This document shows positions 11,324 to 24,737 of a stretch of 64,000 nt of DNA, in pieces. Made by a program: the position numbers and the translations under genes. Every line of letters begins with the position of its first letter. Position 1 is the first letter of the stretch. The notes under the pieces are model-generated. The model was not told the DNA's origin. It made no database searches and was given only the letters and a program-made list of their open reading frames with translations. Source of the DNA: Auanema rhodensis (lineage: Eukaryota; Animalia; Nematoda); NCBI GenBank assembly GCA_964057225.1, contig OZ059899.1, positions 10,168,001 to 10,232,000 of the forward strand, read 5' to 3'.

Positions 11324-11392
11324 GCGTGGCGCAATGGATAACGCGTCTGCCTACGGAGCAGAAGATTGTAGGTTCGAATCCTGCCGTGGTCG
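11320..11392 (+). tRNA. tRNA-Arg(ACG), chimeric 5' end (GCCC instead of GGCC) at MULE junction
   Basis: Identical to other copies from nt 3 onward. C2 mispairs with T71. Confidence 0.85.
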
Positions 11393-12072
11393 TAAATTTT
11401 TTTCATTTCACTTGTCATTTACAAAAATCAAATTTATCTTCTTCAACGATTATTTTTGCAATGTGTCATAAAAATTTCACAGTTGAACAAAACGTTTTTT
11501 AAGAATTTTTTTTGTTGTCAACATATATATTTTCCTGGAATTCGAAAGCATTTGGGATGGAAATTAGAAAGAAAAGAACTAGTTTTTCCTATTTTAAAAC
11601 AAACAAAAAAAAATAAAATGAAAAAGATTGTTAGATATCCAATTTAAACTTATACATTTACTTCGATAAAGAGCCTATTAGTTTGAAATTTTATGTCTTA
11701 CAGTTCTCCAACAGAACAGACTGATCCTGATTTCTCTATGATTACATAAAACTCTCGTTTGATATAAAAAAAGAAGAGGAATAACGTTTCCAGGATGTCA
11801 ATGATATCGAATCTAGTGATATTGTAAAAAAATGTAATGTCAGCTCCATAGGTTTTCTCTTAATTTCTCTCATCACAATTGTCTTAGTTTTTTTTCTCAT
11901 AAGAGTTTCTGAAATTTTAGGTGAACAAGGCCGTATATATTTTTTTCTGGAATTCGAAAGCATTTGGGATGGAAATTAGAAAGAAAAGAACTAGTTTTTC
12001 CTACTTTAAAACAAACAATAAGAAATAAAATAAAAAAGATTGTTAGATATCCAATTTAAACTTATACATTTA

Positions 12073-15000
12073 TACATTCACTTATACATTCTGAAAAACT
12101 ATGAGTAAGTTTTTAAAACGTTTTAATGAGCCAATGTAAGCTATGAGTTTTCTCTAAATATTAATGTATCATTATCAGTGACACCGAAGAAATTTTTGAT
12201 AAAGTTCCTCGGATCGATGAGTTTAAGAAGGGTGAATACTTTTTTTTCTTGAATAAAAATAAGGTTATAAATTGTGATGATTTGTCTTACAATCCGTATA
12301 AACCTTGGACAGGAGATGGTATTTACTTCAATGATATAATTGTTTTGTCGACTTTGTTCATTTCAGATGAGCGTGGTGTTCGTGTTACCGCAAAAAGTAC
12401 TAAGTATTATTTAGTTTTTGTGAATGGCGAGTGGGTGCTTGATAAAACATCAAAATGTTTCCAAATGAAAGTTATGAAATATGCTCATGCTAGAGCTCCG
12501 GGTTTCAGAAGAGAAGTGTTTTATTATTTTTCAATGAATATATTATCATTTCTAACTAAGATTGCTTTCATCTCGGATATGAACAAGAATCTTCTCTCTC
12601 ACGTATTATTCGTGTATATAGCTGAGGTTAGTTATCTACAGGTACTTAATGATGACATTGAATAAAAACCATTTAGAAAGATTTGCAAGCTCCTGAAGAA
12701 CTATCAAATCGAATTTTACCTTCATCTTCTAAGGCCGTGAAATTGGCACTACATCACAGATCATCTTCGGAAGCTAAAAAACTACTAGCTTCAAATGGAG
12801 TTTCCGTCACTTCCGCAAAGGTAAACATTTTTTATCAAAAAAAAAAAATATATATATATCCTATGGCTTAAATTATTGCATTCTTCTTCAATGGAAATTA
12901 ATATTTGTAATTTTTCAGATTTCTAGTTTATCCCGCTCAGTAGAAACTCACGTTAAGAGTAATATAGGAAGAAAACCTTCATCTAATTATTATAAGATAA
13001 TGGACAGATATTTGCTTAAACATCATCTAGAAGAAAGACTAGAAAAACCCTATATAGAGGTCAATGGTAAGTTTTTATTTTTTTTTGTTTTGTGATGTCT
13101 ATTCCAGAAAGTGGAAAAATAGTGCTACGTATTTTGATGGGATATCCATCAGCAATAAAATGTTTCTGTAAGTCGCTTCCAGAAACTGAAGAACTTTTCG
13201 AGCATCGTGTTCATGTTCGCAGACTTTTTAATATGGACGAAAAAGACGCCACTTTTTTTTTGGCAAGCGAACAAACCAAGTATGAAAAAATATATCAGTG
13301 TTTCAGATTCTTTCCTACAAACAACAAATTTGAGTGGTAGTCTTCCTGTTGTTGGAAGTGCTATATTAGTGGATACTACTTTTAGTTTGAGTACTTCTGA
13401 ATACGTCACATTAGCATATGGAGTATCCGAAGATTTCAGGTAGTTTCAAATTTTTTGTAATTGTATACTTTAATTCAGATCAAAAAAATCAGGAAAAAAC
13501 AGTTCAATTCTATTAGGTTTCATGATTCATTCTGAAAAAAGCTATGAAAACCATTGTGCCTTTTCAAAATTTTTGAACCAACTATTTTTTGAATGCGATC
13601 AAAACAAGAGGGTGAACTGTGTTTTACATGATGGAGAGTCAGCGTTCATGTGCTATAATACCGTATTCATCTTTTGATTCGTTATGAACTTTCTATAGTA
13701 AATTTAGGGAGATATTCTAGGTGATGCGATTTCTTTACGTTGTGACACACATAGACTAGCTAATATCAAGGAAACTACAAAGAATAATAAAGCAGTATTC
13801 GAAAATTTACAAGAAATGCTATACGGAAAGAAAAAAACGTTAGTTCAAGTTTTTCTATTATTTTTTTTTTGAGTGATATTCGAGGAACTATTCTATACAA
13901 AGGAATTTTAAATATTTTGAACAAAAACAAATATGAGGAGAAAATGGCAAATTTGATTAATTCAGAAGAAGAATCTACTGCATCATGGTTAGAACCATTT
14001 AAGTTTTTTTAAATTTATCGTTAGACATTAGGCTCCGAAAAAACACGAACAGCTTGTTCGAACATAATTCCATGTTGAGAAAACTTGAAGGTGGATGGCC
14101 TTTGCAGTTTTTGACTACTAACATAATTGAAAGCCGTAATGCTCATATAAAAAACATAATCACTACTAAAAAACCAGCAGAAAAAGTTCTCAATGATTTT
14201 TTGTCAATACACAAAGGTTTTTCTATTTTCTCACTTTTAAAAGGTTTTAGTTCAGAAGAGATATTAATGAGAATGAATGCTATATCTGGGGAAGAAAGCA
14301 CCTTAATCTCGAGAACGTTCTACGATAAATCTGCATGGAATCACTTTACACTGATGGAAAAAAAAAACATACTAACATCTTTCGGTCTCGATCATCTAAT
14401 TATTGATGACAAATATGACGATTTACCAAGATGGATCTTTTTGGGCTAGATACTACGATAATGTTACAAATTAACTAAATAATGCATTTCAGAAAGTAAA
14501 TACGAAGAAGATGTCTTGATCGGTATAGTTGAAAACTTTGATGTACATAGGAGCGAGAAAAACAAATCTTTTTTTTTTGGAGTGAATAAAGAAACGAGAG
14601 AGTAAGTGTTTAAGAAATTCCAAAAATTTTAATTTTCAGGAGCACTTTTCTCGAAAATGACAACGGTAAATTGAACTGTCACAACATTATCTGCAGAAAA
14701 AGAAAAACATTCATAGAGGCTGTTTGTCCACACAAGTGAGTTAAAAAAAAAGAAAAAAAAGTAAAAGTGTTATAGGATAGCTGTGATAACGTCGCTGAAT
14801 AACGAAGAGAAAAAAAACATTTTGAGTGTACTGGAAGAAAACAAAACTAGCACTACTTGCTTGTCACAAATGAGAAAACAACAAAATCCAAATGATGGCA
14901 CTAAGTTTAAATGTAGACGAGGCAAACAGTTCAGCCATAATAACAAAACGCGACGGTTTGTATCACTTGTTAAGTAAGTAATCTTTTTGAGAACAAAAGT

Positions 15001-15328
15001 AAAAAACTCATTTAGCAATACAATGAGTAGTTTAAATTCAAGTATCGAAGAAGACGGAAATTTTATCTGATATGTGTTTTAAATTGAATTACACCTGTTT
15101 TTTTTTGAGAAAAAATAATAGTTAATCTTTGGGGTTTACTTACACTTACACGCAAAACTGTTAAATTCATAAACATAGTTTAATGAGAAAGCAAACATTT
15201 GACTGAGAAGGGCAAAGAAATATTTTTCAACTAAGCACAATACTAAAAAAAGGTCTATACAGTTCGTGTCTCGTGTCGCAATGGTGTCAAAATAGTGTCA
15301 ATGTTTTAGTGTCAACGTAGAAATGCCC
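12073..15328 (+). mobile_element. Mutator-like DNA transposon, copy 2, left end truncated
   Basis: Near-identical to copy 1 (a few SNPs and homopolymer length differences). Confidence 0.85.
12101..15070 (+). CDS. Spliced MULE-type DDE transposase, copy 2
   Basis: Same exon structure and catalytic motifs as copy 1. Carries YDPY>YNPY and KPP>KPS substitutions. Confidence 0.85.
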
Positions 15329-15397
15329 GCGTGGCGCAATGGATAACGCGTCTGCCTACGGAGCAGAAGATTGTAGGTTCGAATCCTGCCGTGGTCG
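15325..15397 (+). tRNA. tRNA-Arg(ACG), chimeric 5' end at MULE junction
   Basis: Same as the 11320 copy. Confidence 0.85.
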
Positions 15398-16077
15398 TAA
15401 ATTTTTTTCATTTCACTTGTCATTTACAAAAATCAAATTTATCTTCTTCAACGATTATTTTTGCAATGTGTCATAAAAATTTCACAGTTGAACAAAACGT
15501 TTTTTAAGAATTTTTTTTGTTGTCAACATATATATTTTCCTGGAATTCGAAAGCATTTGGGATGGAAATTAGAAAGAAAAGAACTAGTTTTTCCTATTTT
15601 AAAACAAACAAAAAAAAATAAAATGAAAAAGATTGTTAGATATCCAATTTAAACTTATACATTTACTTCGATAAAGAGCCTATTAGTTTGAAATTTTATG
15701 TCTTACAGTTCTCCAACAGAACAGACTGATCCTGATTTCTCTATGATTACATAAAACTCTCGTTTGATATAAAAAAAGAAGAGGAATAACGTTTCCAGGA
15801 TGTCAATGATATCGAATCTAGTGATATTGTAAAAAAATGTAATGTCAGCTCCATAGGTTTTCTCTTAATTTCTCTCATCACAATTGTCTTAGTTTTTTTT
15901 CTCATAAGAGTTTCTGAAATTTTAGGTGAACAAGGCCGTATATATTTTTTTCTGGAATTCGAAAGCATTTGGGATGGAAATTAGAAAGAAAAGAACTAGT
16001 TTTTCCTACTTTAAAACAAACAATAAGAAATAAAATAAAAAAGATTGTTAGATATCCAATTTAAACTTATACATTTA

Positions 16078-19000
16078 TACATTCACTTATACATTCTGAA
16101 AAACTATGAGTAAGTTTTTAAAACGTTTTAATGAGCCAATGTAAGCTATGAGTTTTCTCTAAATATTAATGTATCATTATCAGTGACACCGAAGAAATTT
16201 TTGATAAAGTTCCTCGGATCGATGAGTTTAAGAAGGGTGAATACTTTTTTTTCTTGAATAAAAATAAGGTTATAAATTGTGATGATTTGTCTTACGATCC
16301 GTATAAACCTTGGACAGGAGATGGTATTTACTTCAATGATATAATTGTTTTGTCGACTTTGTTCATTTCAGATGAGCGTGGTGTTCGTGTTACCGCAAAA
16401 AGTACTAAGTATTATTTAGTTTTTGTGAATGGCGAGTGGGTGCTTGATAAAACATCAAAATGTTTCCAAATGAAAGTTATGAAATATGCTCATGCTAGAG
16501 CTCCGGGTTTCAGAAGAGAAGTGTTTTATTATTTTTCAATGAATATATTATCATTTCTAACTAAGATTGCTTTCATCTCGGATATGAACAAGAATCTTCT
16601 CTCTCACGTATTATTCGTGTATATAGCTGAGGTTAGTTATCTACAGGTACTTAATGATGACATTGAATAAAAACCATTTAGAAAGATTTGCAAGCTCCTG
16701 AAGAACTATCAAATCGAATTTTACCTTCATCTTCTAAGGCCGTGAAATTGGCACTACATCACAGATCATCTTCGGAAGCTAAAAAACTACTAGCTTCAAA
16801 TGGAGTTTCCGTCACTTCCGCAAAGGTAAACATTTTTTATCAAAAAAAAAAAATATATATATATCCTATGGCTTAAATTATTGCATTCTTCTTCAATGGA
16901 AATTAATATTTGTAATTTTTCAGATTTCTAGTTTATCCCGCTCAGTAGAAACTCACGTTAAGAGTAATATAGGAAGAAAACCTTCATCTAATTATTATAA
17001 GATAATGGACAGATATTTGCTTAAACATCATCTAGAAGAAAGACTAGAAAAACCCTATATAGAGGTCAATGGTAAGTTTTTATTTTTTTTTGTTTTGTGA
17101 TGTCTATTCCAGAAAGTGGAAAAATAGTGCTACGTATTTTGATGGGATATCCATCAGCAATAAAATGTTTCTGTAAGTCGCTTCCAGAAACTGAAGAACT
17201 TTTCGAGCATCGTGTTCATGTTCGCAGACTTTTTAATATGGACGAAAAAGACGCCACTTTTTTTTTGGCAAGCGAACAAACCAAGTATGAAAAAATATAT
17301 CAGTGTTTCAGATTCTTTCCTACAAACAACAAATTTGAGTGGTAGTCTTCCTGTTGTTGGAAGTGCTATATTAGTGGATACTACTTTTAGTTTGAGTACT
17401 TCTGAATACGTCACATTAGCATATGGAGTATCCGAAGATTTCAGGTAGTTTCAAATTTTTTGTAATTGTATACTTTAATTCAGATCAAAAAAATCAGGAA
17501 AAAACAGTTCAATTCTATTAGGTTTCATGATTCATTCTGAAAAAAGCTATGAAAACCATTGTGCCTTTTCAAAATTTTTGAACCAACTATTTTTTGAATG
17601 CGATCAAAACAAGAGGGTGAACTGTGTTTTACATGATGGAGAGTCAGCGTTCATGTGCTATAATACCGTATTCATCTTTTGATTCGTTATGAACTTTCTA
17701 TAGTAAATTTAGGGAGATATTCTAGGTGATGCGATTTCTTTACGTTGTGACACACATAGACTAGCTAATATCAAGGAAACTACAAAGAATAATAAAGCAG
17801 TATTCGAAAATTTACAAGAAATGCTATACGGAAAGAAAAAAACGTTAGTTCAAGTTTTTCTATTATTTTTTTTTTGAGTGATATTCGAGGAACTATTCTA
17901 TACAAAGGAATTTTAAATATTTTGAACAAAAACAAATATGAGGAGAAAATGGCAAATTTGATTAATTCAGAAGAAGAATCTACTGCATCATGGTTAGAAC
18001 CATTTAAGTTTTTTTAAATTTATCGTTAGACATTAGGCTCCGAAAAAACACGAACAGCTTGTTCGAACATAATTCCATGTTGAGAAAACTTGAAGGTGGA
18101 TGGCCTTTGCAGTTTTTGACTACTAACATAATTGAAAGCCGTAATGCTCATATAAAAAACATAATCACTACTAAAAAACCAGCAGAAAAAGTTCTCAATG
18201 ATTTTTTGTCAATACACAAAGGTTTTTCTATTTTCTCACTTTTAAAAGGTTTTAGTTCAGAAGAGATATTAATGAGAATGAATGCTATATCTGGGGAAGA
18301 AAGCACCTTAATCTCGAGAACGTTCTACGATAAATCTGCATGGAATCACTTTACACTGATGGAAAAAAAAAACATACTAACATCTTTCGGTCTCGATCAT
18401 CTAATTATTGATGACAAATATGACGATTTACCAAGATGGATCTTTTTGGGCTAGATACTACGATAATGTTACAAATTAACTAAATAATGCATTTCAGAAA
18501 GTAAATACGAAGAAGATGTCTTGATCGGTATAGTTGAAAACTTTGATGTACATAGGAGCGAGAAAAACAAATCTTTTTTTTTTGGAGTGAATAAAGAAAC
18601 GAGAGAGTAAGTGTTTAAGAAATTCCAAAAATTTTAATTTTCAGGAGCACTTTTCTCGAAAATGACAACGGTAAATTGAACTGTCACAACATTATCTGCA
18701 GAAAAAGAAAAACATTCATAGAGGCTGTTTGTCCACACAAGTGAGTTAAAAAAAAAGAAAAAAAAGTAAAAGTGTTATAGGATAGCTGTGATAACGTCGC
18801 TGAATAACGAAGAGAAAAAAAACATTTTGAGTGTACTGGAAGAAAACAAAACTAGCACTACTTGCTTGTCACAAATGAGAAAACAACAAAATCCAAATGA
18901 TGGCACTAAGTTTAAATGTAGACGAGGCAAACAGTTCAGCCATAATAACAAAACGCGACGGTTTGTATCACTTGTTAAGTAAGTAATCTTTTTGAGAACA

Positions 19001-19334
19001 AAAGTAAAAAACTCATTTAGCAATACAATGAGTAGTTTAAATTCAAGTATCGAAGAAGACGGAAATTTTATCTGATATGTGTTTTAAATTGAATTACACC
19101 TGTTTTTTTTTGAGAAAAAATAATAGTTAATCTTTGGGGTTTACTTACACTTACACGCAAAACTGTTAAATTCATAAACATAGTTTAATGAGAAAGCAAA
19201 CATTTGACTGAGAAGGGCAAAGAAATATTTTTCAACTAAGCACAATACTAAAAAAAAGGTCTATACAGTTCGTGTCTCGTGTCGCAATGGTGTCAAAATA
19301 GTGTCAATGTTTTAGTGTCAACGTAGAAATGCCC
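16078..19334 (+). mobile_element. Mutator-like DNA transposon, copy 3, left end truncated
   Basis: Near-identical to copies 1 and 2. Confidence 0.85.
16106..19075 (+). CDS. Spliced MULE-type DDE transposase, copy 3
   Basis: Same exon structure and motifs. YDPY as in copy 1, KPS as in copy 2. Confidence 0.85.
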
Positions 19335-19403
19335 GCGTGGCGCAATGGATAACGCGTCTGCCTACGGAGCAGAAGATTGTAGGTTCGAATCCTGCCGTGG
19401 TCG
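19331..19403 (+). tRNA. tRNA-Arg(ACG), chimeric 5' end at MULE junction
   Basis: Same as the 11320 copy. Confidence 0.85.
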
Positions 19404-21997
19404 TAAATTTTTTTCATTTCACTTGTCATTTACAAAAATCAAATTTATCTTCTTCAACGATTATTTTTGCAATGTGTCATAAAAATTTCACAGTTGAACA
19501 AAACGTTTTTTAAGAATTTTTTTTGTTGTCAACATATATATTTTCCTGGAATTCGAAAGCATTTGGGATGGAAATTAGAAAGAAAAGAACTAGTTTTTCC
19601 TATTTTAAAACAAACAAAAAAAAATAAAATGAAAAAGATTGTTAGATATCCAATTTAAACTTATACATTTACTTCGATAAAGAGCCTATTAGTTTGAAAT
19701 TTTATGTCTTACAGTTCTCCAACAGAACAGACTGATCCTGATTTCTCTATGATTACATAAAACTCTCGTTTGATATAAAAAAAGAAGAGGAATAACGTTT
19801 CCAGGATGTCAATGATATCGAATCTAGTGATATTGTAAAAAAATGTAATGTCAGCTCCATAGGTTTTCTCTTAATTTCTCTCATCACAATTGTCTTAGTT
19901 TTTTTTCTCATAAGAGTTTCTGAAATTTTAGGTGAACAAGGCCGTATATATTTTTTTCTGGAATTCGAAAGCATTTGGGATGGAAATTAGAAAGAAAAGA
20001 ACTAGTTTTTCCTACTTTAAAACAAACAATAAGAAATAAAATAAAGAAGATTGTTAGATATCCAATTTAAACTTATACATTTACTTCGATAAAGAGCCTA
20101 TTAGTTTGAAATTTTATGTCTTACAGTTCTCCAACAGAACAGACTGATCCTGATTTCTCTATGATTACATAAAACTCTCGTTTGATATAAAAAAAGAAGA
20201 GGAATAACGTTTCCAGGATGTCAATGATATCGAATCTAGTGATATTGTAGAAAAATGTAATGTCAGCTCCATAGGTTTTCTCTTAATTTCTCTCATCACA
20301 ATTGTCTTAGTTTTTTTTCTCATAAGAGTTTCTGAAATCTTAGGTGAACAAGGCCGTATATATTTTTTTCTGGAATTCGAAAGCATTTGGGATGAAAATT
20401 AGAAAGAAAAGAACTAGTTTTTCCTACTTTAAAACAAACAATAAGAAATAAAATAAAAAAAGATTGTTAGATATCCAATTTAAACTTATACATTTACTTC
20501 GATAAAGAGCCTATTAGTTTGAAATTTTATGTCTTACAGTTCTCCAACAGAACAGACTGATCCTGATTTCTCTATGATTATATAAAACTCTCGTTTGATA
20601 TAAAAAAAGAAGAGGAATAACGTTTCCAGGATGTCAATGATATCGAATCTAGTGATATTGTAGAAAAATGTAATGTCAGCTCCATAGGTTTTCTCTTAAT
20701 TTCTCTCATCACAATTGTCTTAGTTTTTTTTCTCATAAGAGTTTCTGAAATCTTAGGTGAACAAGGCCGTATATATTTTTTTCTAGAATTCGAAAACATT
20801 TGGGATGGAAATTAGAAAGAAAAGAACTAGTTTTTCCTACTTTAAAACAAACAATAAGAAATAAAATAAAAAAGATTGTTAGATATCCAATTTAAACTTA
20901 TACATTTACTTCGATAAAGAGCCTATTAGTTTGAAATTTTATGTCTTACAGTTCTCCAACAGAACAGACTGATCCTGATCTCTCTATGATTACATAAAAC
21001 TCTCGTTTGATATACAAAAAGGAGAGGAATAACGTTTCCAGGATATCAATGATATCGAATCTAGTGATATTGTAGAAAAATGTAATGTCAGCTCCATAGT
21101 TTTTCTCTTAATTTCTCTCATCACAATTGTCTTAGTTTTTTTTCTCATAAGAGTTTCTGAAATCTTAGGTGAACAAGGCCGTATATATTTTTTTCTGGAA
21201 TTCGAAAGCATTTGGGATGAAAATTAGAAAGAAAAGAACTAGTTTTTCCTACTTTAAAACAAACAATAAGAAATAAAATAAAAAAGATTGTTAGATATCC
21301 AATTTAAACTTATACATTTACTTCGATAAAGAGCCTATTAGTTTGAAATTTTATGTCTTACAGTTCTCCAACAGAACAGACTGATCCTGATTTCTCTATG
21401 ATTATATAAAACTCTCGTTTGATATAAAAAAAGAAGAGGAATAACGTTTCCAGGATGTCAATGATATCGAATCTAGTGATATTGTAGAAAAATGTAATGT
21501 CAGCTCCATAGGTTTTCTCTTAATTTCTCTCATCACAATTGTCTTAGTTTTTTTTCTCATAAGAGTTTCTGAAATCTTAGGTGAACAAGGCCGTATATAT
21601 TTTTTTCTAGAATTCGAAAACATTTGGGATGGAAATTAGAAAGAAAAGAACTAGTTTTTCCTACTTTAAAACAAACAATAAGAAATAAAATAAAAAAGAT
21701 TGTTAGATATCCAATTTAAACTTATACATTTACTTCGATAAAGAGCCTATTAGTTTGAAATTTTATGTCTTACAGTTCTCCAACAGAACAGACTGATCCT
21801 GATCTCTCTATGATTACATAAAACTCTCGTTTGATATACAAAAAGGAGAGGAATAACGTTTCCAGGATATCAATGATATCGAATCTAGTGATATTGTAGA
21901 AAAATGTAATGTCAGCTCCATAGTTTTTCTCTAAATTTCTCTCATCACAATAGTCTTATTTTTTTTCATAAGAGTTTCTGAAATCTTAGTTGAACAA

Positions 21998-22070
21998 GGC
22001 CGCGTGGCGCAATGGATAACGCGTCTGCCTACGGAGCAGAAGATTGTAGGTTCGAATCCTGCCGTGGTCG
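21998..22070 (+). tRNA. tRNA-Arg(ACG)
   Basis: Same 73-nt sequence as the 1130 copy. Confidence 0.97.
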
Positions 22071-24664
22071 TAAATTTTTTTCATTTGACTTGTCATTTGC
22101 AAAAATCAAATTTATCTTCTTCAACGATTATTTTTGCAATGTGTCATAAAAATTTCACAGTTGAACAAAACGTTTTTTAAGAATTTTTTTTGTTGTCAAC
22201 ATATATATTTTCCTGGAATTCGAAAACATTTGGGATGGAAATTAGAAAGAAAAGAACTAGTTTTTCCTATTTTAAAACAAACAAAAAAAAATAAAATGAA
22301 AAAGATTGTTAGATATCCAATTTAAACTTATACATTTACTTCGATAAAGAGCCTATTAGTTTGAAATTTTATGTCTTACAGTTCTCCAACAGAACAGACT
22401 GATCCTGATTTCTCTATGATTACATAAAACTCTCGTTTGATATAAAAAAAGAAGAGGAATAACGTTTCCAGGATGTCAATGATATCGAATCTAGTGATAT
22501 TGTAAAAAAATGTAATGTCAGCTCCATAGGTTTTCTCTTAATTTCTCTCATCACAATTGTCTTAGTTTTTTTTCTCATAAGAGTTTCTGAAATCTTAGGT
22601 GAACAAGGCCGTATATATTTTTTTCTGGAATTCGAAAGCATTTGGGATGAAAATTAGAAAGAAAAGAACTAGTTTTTCCTACTTTAAAACAAACAATAAG
22701 AAATAAAATAAAAAAGATTGTTAGATATCCAATTTAAACTTATACATTTACTTCGATAAAGAGCCTATTAGTTTGAAATTTTATGTCTTACAGTTCTCCA
22801 ACAGAACAGACTGATCCTGATTTCTCTATGATTACATAAAACTCTCGTTTGATATAAAAAAAGAAGAGGAATAACGTTTCCAGGATGTCAATGATATCGA
22901 ATCTAGTGATATTGTAGAAAAATGTAATGTCAGCTCCATAGGTTTTCTCTTAATTTCTCTCATCACAATTGTCTTAGTTTTTTTTCTCATAAGAGTTTCT
23001 GAAATCTTAGGTGAACAAGGCCGTATATATTTTTTTCTGGAATTCGAAAGCATTTGGGATGAAAATTAGAAAGAAAAGAACTAGTTTTTCCTACTTTAAA
23101 ACAAACAATAAGAAATAAAATAAAAAAAGATTGTTAGATATCCAATTTAAACTTATACATTTACTTCGATAAAGAGCCTATTAGTTTGAAATTTTATGTC
23201 TTACAGTTCTCCAACAGAACAGACTGATCCTGATTTCTCTATGATTATATAAAACTCTCGTTTGATATAAAAAAAGAAGAGGAATAACGTTTCCAGGATG
23301 TCAATGATATCGAATCTAGTGATATTGTAGAAAAATGTAATGTCAGCTCCATAGGTTTTCTCTTAATTTCTCTCATCACAATTGTCTTAGTTTTTTTTCT
23401 CATAAGAGTTTCTGAAATCTTAGGTGAACAAGGCCGTATATATTTTTTTCTAGAATTCGAAAACATTTGGGATGGAAATTAGAAAGAAAAGAACTAGTTT
23501 TTCCTACTTTAAAACAAACAATAAGAAATAAAATAAAAAAGATTGTTAGATATCCAATTTAAACTTATACATTTACTTCGATAAAGAGCCTATTAGTTTG
23601 AAATTTTATGTCTTACAGTTCTCCAACAGAACAGACTGATCCTGATCTCTCTATGATTACATAAAACTCTCGTTTGATATACAAAAAGGAGAGGAATAAC
23701 GTTTCCAGGATATCAATGATATCGAATCTAGTGATATTGTAGAAAAATGTAATGTCAGCTCCATAGTTTTTCTCTTAATTTCTCTCATCACAATTGTCTT
23801 AGTTTTTTTTCTCATAAGAGTTTCTGAAATCTTAGGTGAACAAGGCCGTATATATTTTTTTCTGGAATTCGAAAGCATTTGGGATGAAAATTAGAAAGAA
23901 AAGAACTAGTTTTTCCTACTTTAAAACAAACAATAAGAAATAAAATAAAAAAGATTGTTAGATATCCAATTTAAACTTATACATTTACTTCGATAAAGAG
24001 CCTATTAGTTTGAAATTTTATGTCTTACAGTTCTCCAACAGAACAGACTGATCCTGATTTCTCTATGATTATATAAAACTCTCGTTTGATATAAAAAAAG
24101 AAGAGGAATAACGTTTCCAGGATGTCAATGATATCGAATCTAGTGATATTGTAGAAAAATGTAATGTCAGCTCCATAGGTTTTCTCTTAATTTCTCTCAT
24201 CACAATTGTCTTAGTTTTTTTTCTCATAAGAGTTTCTGAAATCTTAGGTGAACAAGGCCGTATATATTTTTTTCTAGAATTCGAAAACATTTGGGATGGA
24301 AATTAGAAAGAAAAGAACTAGTTTTTCCTACTTTAAAACAAACAATAAGAAATAAAATAAAAAAGATTGTTAGATATCCAATTTAAACTTATACATTTAC
24401 TTCGATAAAGAGCCTATTAGTTTGAAATTTTATGTCTTACAGTTCTCCAACAGAACAGACTGATCCTGATCTCTCTATGATTACATAAAACTCTCGTTTG
24501 ATATACAAAAAGGAGAGGAATAACGTTTCCAGGATATCAATGATATCGAATCTAGTGATATTGTAGAAAAATGTAATGTCAGCTCCATAGTTTTTCTCTA
24601 AATTTCTCTCATCACAATAGTCTTATTTTTTTTCATAAGAGTTTCTGAAATCTTAGTTGAACAA

Positions 24665-24737
24665 GGCCGCGTGGCGCAATGGATAACGCGTCTGCCTACG
24701 GAGCAGAAGATTGTAGGTTCGAATCCTGCCGTGGTCG
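24665..24737 (+). tRNA. tRNA-Arg(ACG)
   Basis: Same 73-nt sequence. Confidence 0.97.

Larger units (their letters stand above)
8064..20080 (+). repeat. Tandem triplication of a ~4.0-kb unit (MULE + tRNA-Arg unit + partial satellite monomer)
   Basis: ORF sets repeat at offsets 4009 and 4005. tRNAs lie at 11320, 15325 and 19331. Junctions are identical in all three copies. Confidence 0.97.
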
